This document shows, one piece after another, positions 8,116 through 15,889 of a stretch of 64,000 bases of DNA. The notes below the pieces were generated by a model. That model was not told where the DNA came from, searched no databases, and saw only the letters and a program-made list of their open reading frames with translations. The first letter of the stretch is position 1. The number at the start of each line of letters is the position of its first letter. The position numbers were made by a program, and so were the translations under genes. Source of the stretch: Candidatus Foliamicus sp. (GTDB lineage: Bacteria; Pseudomonadota; Gammaproteobacteria; Steroidobacterales; Foliamicaceae). The DNA lies in assembly GCA_965261845.1 (NCBI GenBank), contig OZ253475.1, positions 2,790,152-2,854,151 of the forward strand, written 5' to 3'.

Positions 8116-8913
8116 CTACTGCACCAGCACGCGGGCCGTAACCGTTTCCGTTTGCGGCAGCAGGCACAAGTCGTCCTTGCAGGTCTGGTAAGTAACCTCA
8201 GCGCTCACCTCGTACAACCCGGGCAAGGTGCCGTCCATCGCTTCGACCGATTGCCCCCAGGTCACTGCCTTACCCATGTGAACGTCGTATGAGCCCTTGA
8301 AGCGAAACGGCGGGCGCTTGACCGCGCCTACAGTCTCCAATCCGTCCGGCACGCTGAAGCTCACGCTTGTCTCTTTCATGCCCTGCCCTACATTCCTGCC
8401 GGTTGCGGCATAGATGTACCAGCCGTCCTGCATGTCGAGGTGAACCTTGACGTCCGAGCTTCTGCCCATCTCCAGCACTACCATCGGGTCCACCCGGACC
8501 GAAACCGGTGACAACGGCTGATCCGGCGAATCAGACTCTGCGAGATCCGGTTCGCTGCCGCCCGGCATGTCTTCGACCGTTGCGGTATTGGCGGCAATCA
8601 TCGGTTCTGCCACATTGTTCTTGCTTCCCAACATCACATAAACGCGGCCCTGATGGCGCATCGTGAGCCAATAGCCCTTGCCCATTTCATACAGTCTGCC
8701 GATTGTTTCGTCCCAGTAAGGCTGCTGCTCCACCGCAAACTTTTCCAATTCTTCGTCACTGGGCATTTCGAAAGTCTCGCCTTCCTGCTCGCGTCGGGCA
8801 ACTATTTCCGCATACATGGTGCGATATGTTTCCGCCGTCGGGCGTGGACGCGGGGGATATAAGCCCGGGTCCTTGCCAGCGCTCTCCACCTTATTTACGG
8901 GAACTATATGCAT
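8116..8913 (-). CDS. Protein with a C-terminal DsbD N-terminal (alpha) domain-like fold, co-oriented with the cas operon. It may be 5'-truncated by IS5.
   Basis: The C-terminal ~125 aa fit the DsbD-alpha pattern (..GWHIY.....vsYQgC.d..C.pP): HLDMQDGWYIYA...VTYQTCKDDLCLLPQTETV. There is no signal peptide. The reading frame stays open upstream of the ATG into the IS5 end, which is 15 nt away. Confidence 0.5.
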   Translation of the reverse strand: MHIVPVNKVESAGKDPGLYPPRPRPTAETYRTMYAEIVARREQEGETFEMPSDEELEKFAVEQQPYWDETIGRLYEMGKGYWLTMRHQGRVYVMLGSKNNVAEPMIAANTATVEDMPGGSEPDLAESDSPDQPLSPVSVRVDPMVVLEMGRSSDVKVHLDMQDGWYIYAATGRNVGQGMKETSVSFSVPDGLETVGAVKRPPFRFKGSYDVHMGKAVTWGQSVEAMDGTLPGLYEVSAEVTYQTCKDDLCLLPQTETVTARVLVQ

Positions 8914-8927
8914 GGCTAGACAGATAG

Positions 8928-10098
8928 GGAAGGTCTGAATAACGGCCTACATGGGCCGTGATGCGGTTAGCGCCCTCGCCGTTTGCGGTGAGATCCCGGT
9001 ATTGGCGCCGATTCGACGCAAAAACGGGGGTTTGCGGGGCGTTCTCGACGCCCGCTGCGGTTTCCACAGACACCAACCCCATGTCAGGCGGCCGCATAGC
9101 GGCCAGCGATGAGAAGATTGGTGAAGCCAAGCAGCATCGCGATGCGCTGCGTGTTCTTCGCCAAGCCCCTGTAGCGCACCTTGGAATAGCCGAAGTGGCG
9201 CTTCACATACAGGAACGGGTGCTCCACCTTCGCCCGAATCGACGCTTTGCGCTTCTCAGCCGCTTCCTCGGCACTCGCCTTGTCGAGCCGCCGGCGCCGG
9301 CCCGGCCTCATGGCCACCTGCCAGTCCACTTCCCGACCCTGGTGCTCCGGACGCTTGTGCACGCCCTGGTAGCCGGCGTCGCCTCGCACCTCGGATTCGC
9401 CGCCGTGCAATACCAAGTGCGCGTGCGTCACGTCCGCGCCGTTCGCCGCCGTCGTCGCCAACCCGTGTGTCAGACCCGACTGCGAGTCCACACCGATGTG
9501 CGCCTTCATCCCGAAGTACCAACGGTTGCCCTTCTTCGTGGGGTGCATTTCCGGGTCCCGCTCACCCTTCTTGTTCTTCGTCGACGAGGGCGCGTCAATG
9601 AGGCTCGCGTCCACGATCGTGCCCGTCTTGAGCCGGTGACCTTGCAACGCCAGGTGCGCGTTGATCTCCCCGAACAACTCCTCCCCCAGACCGTGACGCT
9701 CCAGCAGATGCCGAAAGTTCAGGATCGTCGTCTCGTCCGGCAGCGCACCCGTCAGCCGCAACCCCGCAAAGCGACGCACCGACTCCACCTCATACAACAG
9801 GTCCTCCATCCCCGGATCGCTTACGTTGTAGAACAACTGCACGCAGTGAACTCGAAGCATCGTTCCCAGCGGATACGGCCGCCGACCCCGTCCCGCCTTC
9901 GGATAAAACGGCTCAATGCGCCGCTCAAGCCGCTCCCAGGGAATCAGCCGGTCCATCTTCGCCAGAAACTTCTCGCGGCGCGTGCGCCGCTTCTTCAAAT
10001 CGTGCTCCAACTCCGAAAACGTCGCCTGTCCCATCTCAACAACCTCACCGCAAAAACGATACCGCTATTATCCCAGAAAGGACTTGATCAGACCTTCC
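8928..10098 (-). mobile_element. IS5-family insertion sequence (~1.17 kb)
   Basis: Terminal inverted repeats GGAAGGTCTGA at 8928 and (reverse complement) ending at 10098. It carries a single DDE transposase. The flanking tetranucleotides ATAG and TTAG are not identical. Confidence 0.85.
9084..10034 (-). CDS. IS5-family DDE transposase
   Basis: 316 aa. FLAKMDRLIPWERLERRIEPFYPKAGRGRRPYPLGTMLRVHCVQLFYNVSDPGMEDLLYE... and YRGLAKNTQRIAMLLGFTNL are typical of the IS5 group. Confidence 0.9.
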   Translation of the reverse strand: MGQATFSELEHDLKKRRTRREKFLAKMDRLIPWERLERRIEPFYPKAGRGRRPYPLGTMLRVHCVQLFYNVSDPGMEDLLYEVESVRRFAGLRLTGALPDETTILNFRHLLERHGLGEELFGEINAHLALQGHRLKTGTIVDASLIDAPSSTKNKKGERDPEMHPTKKGNRWYFGMKAHIGVDSQSGLTHGLATTAANGADVTHAHLVLHGGESEVRGDAGYQGVHKRPEHQGREVDWQVAMRPGRRRRLDKASAEEAAEKRKASIRAKVEHPFLYVKRHFGYSKVRYRGLAKNTQRIAMLLGFTNLLIAGRYAAA

Positions 10099-10484
10099 TT
10101 AGTGCTTTCTGCGACGTTTCAAGTGCGCAGGAAGACTTGGAACGGATCGTGGTCAACGCACAGCGTTACATGGCGCAGCTGGTCCCGCAAGCGCACGGCA
10201 ACGCGGCCTACGAGGTGCAGCAGGCCGAGGGCGCGGCTGTTCGGTGAGTGGAAACCTCTCAGGCGGAGGCGGAGGCCCTCGTTATCGTGGCCAGGGCGGT
10301 GCAAACCGCGCCTGGAGTAATCCAGAACATGCTCTGGCGGGAAAAGCTGGAAAGCGCTCTTTCCGGCAACGCCAAGATCATAATCCCTAATAAGGACAGC
10401 CTGGGAAAGGTGGCGTTGTGGAAGCGGTGCCCCGAAGAGAGCCCGGCAAACCATGGGCAGGACGGCAAGAAGAAAGGTAGGTAA
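10099..10484 (+). pseudogene. hflK: hflK 3' fragment, truncated by IS5, with an in-frame TGA at 10245-10247
   Basis: FCDVSSAQEDLERIVVNAQRYMAQLVPQAHGNAAYEVQQAEG..*..AEAEALVIVARAVQTAPGVIQNMLWREKLESALSGNAKIIIPNKD parallels the E. coli HflK C-terminal half. It is followed 2 nt later by the hflC start. Confidence 0.6.
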
Positions 10485-10486
10485 GT

Positions 10487-10636
10487 ATGAAAGGAAGACT
10501 GATCGCCACTATCCCGGCAATCGCGCTGGGTGTTGTCGCCTACGACAGTTTCTACGTCATCACCGAGACGGAACAGGGCGTGCTGACTCACTTTGGGAAG
10601 GTCTCCCCCCCGGTTCTGCAGCCGGTTTGGAAGATT
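10487..10636 (+). pseudogene. hflC: hflC 5' fragment (50 codons), interrupted by IS21
   Basis: MKGRLIATIPAIALGVVAYDSFYVITETEQGVLTHFGKV.. is the N-terminal TM plus SPFH start typical of HflC. Confidence 0.55.
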
Positions 10637-10756
10637 TGCATGTTAATCGGCGTGCAATAGTGACCCACTATCGGGGGAATCGGCGTCCAAAATTGACCCC
10701 CCTGAAGTTGATCGATTCAACTCACCTCGTTGTTTGGACGGACGGGGTGACGGGAG

Positions 10757-12268
10757 ATGTTGATAGTGGAGACGATTGCGCGGATCCGTCGGGATCATCT
10801 GGATCGGGGGGTGCCGATCAGGCGGATTGCCCGTGAGTTGAAGTTGTCGAGGAACACGGTTCGCAAAGCGATCCGTGGGGATGTAGCGGCGTTTGGATAC
10901 GAGCGCACGGTGCAGCCGCTTCCGAAGCTGGGTCCATGGGTCGGGGAGCTGGAGCGGTTAATGGAGGCCAACGAGGGCAAGCGCCGGCGGGAGCGTTTGT
11001 CGCTGCTGCGGATTTTTGAGCAGTTACAGGGACTGGGCTATGAGGGCGGATACGATGCGGTGCGTCGCTATGCGATGTCGTGGCGGTGGCGGCGTTCGGG
11101 GTCGGGTTCGCAAGTGTATGTGCCGTTGATTTTCGATCCGGGCGAGGCCTACCAGTTTGACTGGAGCCACGAGTATGCGGTGGTGGCGGGCACGACGACG
11201 CGAGTCAAGGCGGCGCACCTGCGGTTGTGCCACAGTCGGTTGTTCCTGGTTCAGATTTTTCCTCGGGAAAGCCAGGAGATGGTGTTTGAGGCGCACGAGC
11301 GCAGCTTCCGGTTCTTCGGTGGGGTATGCCGGCGCGGCATCTACGACAACATGAAGACGGCGGTGCAGACGGTGTTCGTTGGCAAGGCGCGCGCCTACAA
11401 CCGGCGATTCGTGGAGATGTGTTCGCATCATCTGATTGAGCCTGTGGCCTGCACGCCCGGGGCGGGTTGGGAGAAGGGCCAGGTGGAGAGCCAGGTGGGC
11501 CACGTGCGCGGGCGTATGTTCGTGCCGCGCCCGCGCGGGCGCAGTTACGCGGAGATCAACGCGTGGCTGAAGGATCAGTGCATCCGTGAGGCGAAGCGGC
11601 GGCGTCATCCCACGATCAAGGACAAGACGGTGTGGGAAGTTTACGAGCAAGAGCAGCCGTATCTGATGGCTTACCGGGGTCCGTTCGACGGGTTCCACGC
11701 GGTGGAGGCGGCGGTATCGAAGACGTGTCTGGTGTGTTTCGATCGCAATCAGTACAGCGTGGAGTCGCGCGCGGTGGGCCGCACGGTGGATGTGTGCGCA
11801 TATGCTGATCGGATCGTGATCCGCCAGAACGGCGAGACGGTGGGGGAGCATCCGCGCTGCTTTGAGCGTAACAAGGTGGTGTACAACCCGTGGCATTACG
11901 TGCCGATCCTCAAGCGCAAGCCCGGCGCGCTGAGGAATGGGGCGCCGTTCAAGGACTGGGCGCTGCCGGACGCGCTGGGGCGTGTACGGGCTGGATTGGG
12001 CCGTCATGACGACGGCGATCGGCAAGTGGTGAAGATCCTCGGTGCGGTGCTGGAGGATGGCCTGGAGGCGGTGGAGGCGGCCTGCGCCGAAGCCCTGGCC
12101 GAAGGCGCCTGCAGCCACGATGTGGTGCTCAATATCCTGGCGCGCCGGCGCCAGCCCGCGCCCCCGGCGCCGATCCCGACACCGGTGGATCTGTGGTTGC
12201 GCCTGGAGCCGACGGCCGACTGCGCTCGTTACGAGGGCTTGATGGAGGTGCGTCGTGGAGCGGCATGA
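10757..12268 (+). CDS. istA: IS21-family transposase IstA
   Basis: 503 aa. N-terminal HTH (IRRIARELKLSRNTVRKAIR), then AYQFDWSHE...CHSRLFLVQIFPRESQEMVFEAH..FFGGVCRRGIYDNMKTAV and the rest of the IstA core. Confidence 0.9.
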   Translation: MLIVETIARIRRDHLDRGVPIRRIARELKLSRNTVRKAIRGDVAAFGYERTVQPLPKLGPWVGELERLMEANEGKRRRERLSLLRIFEQLQGLGYEGGYDAVRRYAMSWRWRRSGSGSQVYVPLIFDPGEAYQFDWSHEYAVVAGTTTRVKAAHLRLCHSRLFLVQIFPRESQEMVFEAHERSFRFFGGVCRRGIYDNMKTAVQTVFVGKARAYNRRFVEMCSHHLIEPVACTPGAGWEKGQVESQVGHVRGRMFVPRPRGRSYAEINAWLKDQCIREAKRRRHPTIKDKTVWEVYEQEQPYLMAYRGPFDGFHAVEAAVSKTCLVCFDRNQYSVESRAVGRTVDVCAYADRIVIRQNGETVGEHPRCFERNKVVYNPWHYVPILKRKPGALRNGAPFKDWALPDALGRVRAGLGRHDDGDRQVVKILGAVLEDGLEAVEAACAEALAEGACSHDVVLNILARRRQPAPPAPIPTPVDLWLRLEPTADCARYEGLMEVRRGAA

Positions 12269-12842
12269 GGTACTGGACATGATGCGCGCGCTGCGTCTGT
12301 CGGGCATGCGCACGGTGTTCGACGAGATCGTGGCCGTGGCGATCAAGCGCGGTCACCCGGTCCAGCGCGTCATCGGCGAGTTGCTCAAGGCGGAGATCGC
12401 CGACAAGAAGGCGCGTTCGATCAAGTACCAGATGACCATCGCCAAGCTGCCGACGGTCAAGGAGCTGGCCGACTTTGACTTCGCCTCAAGCCCGGTCAAC
12501 GAACTGCTGGTGCGGGACCTGGCCACCGGCGCGTTCCTGGGCGACAAACGCAACCTCGTGCTGGTCGGCGGAACGGGAACCGGCAAGACGCATCTGAGCG
12601 TGGCCATCGCCCGGGCCTGCATCCGCAACGGCGCCCGGGCACGCTGCTACAACGTCGTGGACCTGGTCAATCACCTCGATGCCGAGGCGCGCGACGGCCG
12701 CCAGGGCCGGACCGCCAACCAACTGGGCCGACGTGATTTGATCATCCTCGACTTATGTTGCGTACGCGGTTATGTGGAGTTGGCGGTGCCCGGCAAGTGT
12801 TTTGTCGGGGGCAAAGCATGAACCAACTCCACATAATATTCG

Positions 12843-13877
12843 CTACAGGCGACGCAGCCATCCAGTGATATCGGAACCATCGATGGCGACCTGTCCGCCT
12901 TTCGGCGGCGCCAGTGCATCCGGGAACACCTGCGAGAGCGCGGTGCGCTTCAGGTCGATGTCGGCGCGTGCATAGCGCATAGTGGTGTTGACGCTGGCGT
13001 GCCCGAGCCACTGGCTGATGGTGGCGAAGTCCACGCCGGCTTTGAGGAGTTGGATGGCCGTGGTGTGTCGAAGGGAGTGCGGATGCAGTTGCTTGTCGCG
13101 AAGCGTGGGTGCGGCGCTTGCGCTGGCAGCCAGGTGTTTATTCAGCCGGTAGCGTACGCCGAAGCGCGTCAGCGGTCCGCCGCGTTGATTACGGAACACG
13201 ATGGCGGTCGAGGGATGGTCGTCATTTTCAGATCGTTCGTTATCGATCAGCGTGCGTAGCAACTGCGCGGTGGCGGGCCAGATCGGGCACAGGCGCACCT
13301 TGTTGCCCTTGCCGTGCAGGCGTACTTGGCAAGGCGGCTCAAGGCGCATGTCGCGCACCCGCAGGTTGAGGACCTCCTGGACGCGAGCGCCGGTGTTGAA
13401 CAGCAGCGCGAACAGTGTGTAATCGCGTTGGCCGCCGGAGGTATCGCGGTCGATGCTGTGCAGAAGCGCCGTCATCTCGGCGGTCTCGAAGTACTCGATC
13501 GGTGCTTCTCGCGCGCCGCGTTTGAAGGGGATAGAGAGAACGCTCTGGAGCGTCGCCAGGTACACGGGGTGTTGCGCGATGAGGAAGCGCGCGAACGTGT
13601 GCAGTGCAGCCAGGCGGGCATTGCGGGTGGCGACACCGTTGCGACGAACGCACTCAAGATACTGAAGGAACCGTATCACGCGTTCGCGATCGAGATCGGC
13701 GATCCTGAGCCGCTCGATGGGGCGCTGTGTGTCGCCGGATGCAAAACGCAGGAACAGCACGAGGGCGTCTCGGTAACTCTTGACGGTGTGCGTACTCAGA
13801 CCGCGCAGATGCGGCAGATACTCCTCGAAGAAGCCACGTACCGCCCGGCCGAGTTCGGTGGGTTTACCGGTGCTCAT
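12843..13877 (-). CDS. Tyrosine recombinase, third gene of the RIT trio
   Basis: The preferred start is MSTGKPTELGRAVRGFFEEYL (ATG 13877), overlapping the upstream gene by 14 nt. Catalytic motifs: TGARVQEV, HSLRHTTA, LGHASVNTTMRYA. Confidence 0.85.
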   Translation of the reverse strand: MSTGKPTELGRAVRGFFEEYLPHLRGLSTHTVKSYRDALVLFLRFASGDTQRPIERLRIADLDRERVIRFLQYLECVRRNGVATRNARLAALHTFARFLIAQHPVYLATLQSVLSIPFKRGAREAPIEYFETAEMTALLHSIDRDTSGGQRDYTLFALLFNTGARVQEVLNLRVRDMRLEPPCQVRLHGKGNKVRLCPIWPATAQLLRTLIDNERSENDDHPSTAIVFRNQRGGPLTRFGVRYRLNKHLAASASAAPTLRDKQLHPHSLRHTTAIQLLKAGVDFATISQWLGHASVNTTMRYARADIDLKRTALSQVFPDALAPPKGGQVAIDGSDITGWLRRL

Positions 13878-14850
13878 CGGACACCTCCCCGATGACATGG
13901 CCGCAGTGGCGCGCGAACCGTTCGCTCGCCAGCGCCGCGAGCGTCGGGACAAAACGCAGGTAGTAGGCGGTTGAGACGATCGACACGTGTCCCAGGTAAA
14001 GCGCGATATGGGGCAGACCGCTTTGCACATCGGCGCCGCGCTCGTAGAGTCGCATCAGCGCCTGTACGGCAAAGCTGTGGCGAAGATCATGGACCCGGGG
14101 GCGCCGACCCTGGACATTGCGGACACCGGCGATCTCGAACAGTCGCCCGATGCCCGCACTGAGACCGCTTCCGGTATAGGGGCGCCAGCCCCGCGAGCGG
14201 TTACAAAGTAACGGTGCGCTCGGGCGGTTATCGTCACAGGCAGCGGTCCGCGCGCGAAGGTATCGGCGCAGTTCGCGGTGTGCGCTCGCCGATAACGGCA
14301 CAAGACGCGACTTGTGGAACTTCGACTCGCGCACCCGGATGACGCCGGACTGGGCGTCCAGGTCATCGAGCGTCAGACGCAAGACTTCTCCCCGGCGCAG
14401 CCCGGCGGTGTAGAGCAGGACGAGCGCCAGGCGCAGCACTGCCCCTCGCAACGGCGAGTTCGCCGAGGGTGCCAGCGCGGTCGTGGATGTCAGCATCCCG
14501 GCGATCTGCTCGGGTTCGATGAGGACCGGGACTCGATAGGGTTGTGGGCGGGCGAAGTACAACGGGTCCGGTACAAAGCAAGCGGGTTCGGTCCTGCGCC
14601 GATACAGGCAGAGCCGGCGCACGATGAGCTGGCGGGCGCGGCGCGTGTTGGCGGAGAGCGGCTTGAGGTGTTCGCACCAACGATCGAAGGCCGTCGGATC
14701 GAGATCGCTCGCACCGGCCTGCAAAAGGAAGCTGCGAACGCCCCGTAGCACGTCCTCCTCGTTCCGGTAGCCGCGCCCCAGTGTTCGCTGGTGCGCGAGG
14801 AAGGCGCATATCGGCGCATCGAGGACGGTGCCCGACAACCGCTTATCCAT
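13864..14850 (-). CDS. Tyrosine recombinase, second gene of the RIT trio
   Basis: 328 aa. Motifs: TAGLRRGEVLRL, HDLRHSFA, LGHVSIVSTAYYL. Confidence 0.85.
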   Translation of the reverse strand: MDKRLSGTVLDAPICAFLAHQRTLGRGYRNEEDVLRGVRSFLLQAGASDLDPTAFDRWCEHLKPLSANTRRARQLIVRRLCLYRRRTEPACFVPDPLYFARPQPYRVPVLIEPEQIAGMLTSTTALAPSANSPLRGAVLRLALVLLYTAGLRRGEVLRLTLDDLDAQSGVIRVRESKFHKSRLVPLSASAHRELRRYLRARTAACDDNRPSAPLLCNRSRGWRPYTGSGLSAGIGRLFEIAGVRNVQGRRPRVHDLRHSFAVQALMRLYERGADVQSGLPHIALYLGHVSIVSTAYYLRFVPTLAALASERFARHCGHVIGEVSDEHR

Positions 14851-15007
14851 GACCGTGCTCCTCGATACCGGTGAGGCGGGGCACCGGAAGCGCCACGGCG
14901 CGCAAGGCCTTGATATCCAAACGCAGATAGACGCACGTGCTCTCCAGGCTACGATGGCCGAGAAGATCCCCGATCGTAAGCGTTCGGTTACCGGGTGATT
15001 TGCTGGC

Positions 15008-15889
15008 TTATCGGTTGAGGATTCGTTTCCAGTCTTTTCGGAGAGGGCGCAGCCAGATGGTCTTTATCGGCTTATCGTATTTCTTGTGCCGGTCGTAGCG
15101 TCCGCGGCCCTGGGTGATGCCGACCGGTGTCCATCCGGAGGCCTTGTAGGTGGCGCCGGTGAAGCGTGGGGTCTCGACGAACGTCTCGATCAGCACCGGG
15201 GTTGTGTTGTAGCGCTCGCCCCAGTCCGGGGGCAGTTGCCGGCCGACGGCGGAGAGGATGTGCGAGGCGAGGTTGGGGATCGTGATCCAGGGCAGGATGA
15301 GGAAGCGCGCGTTGTCGATCACCCGCGGCAGGTTCTTCTCGCGCAGCGCCGGTGTCCAGCCGATGAAGCGGTCGCGCGGGGCCAGCTTGCGCGCTGCGGT
15401 GGAGAACCCGAGCAGCGCCAGCAAGCCGCCGTGGCGGTCATGGACGGTGTAGCGCATCTGGGCGCCGACCAGGGTCTTGTAGCCGAGGTAGTGGTAGCGG
15501 GCGATGAACGCATTCCACTGTTTGCTTTGCGGCGTGCCGCCAAGCACGGTGCGCAGCCGGATGGGGCGCACCTGATCGAGTCGTTGCGGTGGCGGATCCG
15601 GCGGCGCGTCGGTGTCGGGTCCGAACGCGATCGGCCCGGCGCGGTTCTGCCCCCACTTGGGCGGCGGCAGTTCGATGCGCCCGTCCTTGTGCATGGCCAG
15701 CATGGTCACCCGCGCCATCATGTCCTTGAGCCCGCCATCGGGCTTGTACCAGCCGATGCTTTTGCAGAACGCCTTGGACAACGCATGGCGGGTCAGTGCT
15801 GGCGGGCCGGCGATCAGCGCGCGCAACACCGCCATCTCCCCGGCGGTGAAGTCGCGACCGTAGTAACGGCACTCGATGGCTCCGGTCAT
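15008..15889 (-). CDS. DUF4338-like protein encoded inside the IS66-family element
   Basis: The preferred ATG at 15889 overlaps the transposase stop (ATGA). ..WNAFIARYHYLGYKTLVGAQMRYTV..LLGFSTAARKLAPRDRFIGW..RVIDNARFLILPW..NLASHILS..VLIETFVE..FTGATYKASGW fits the DUF4338 family, the signature domain of Druantia DruA. The assignment is from memory. Confidence 0.6.
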   Translation of the reverse strand: MTGAIECRYYGRDFTAGEMAVLRALIAGPPALTRHALSKAFCKSIGWYKPDGGLKDMMARVTMLAMHKDGRIELPPPKWGQNRAGPIAFGPDTDAPPDPPPQRLDQVRPIRLRTVLGGTPQSKQWNAFIARYHYLGYKTLVGAQMRYTVHDRHGGLLALLGFSTAARKLAPRDRFIGWTPALREKNLPRVIDNARFLILPWITIPNLASHILSAVGRQLPPDWGERYNTTPVLIETFVETPRFTGATYKASGWTPVGITQGRGRYDRHKKYDKPIKTIWLRPLRKDWKRILNR

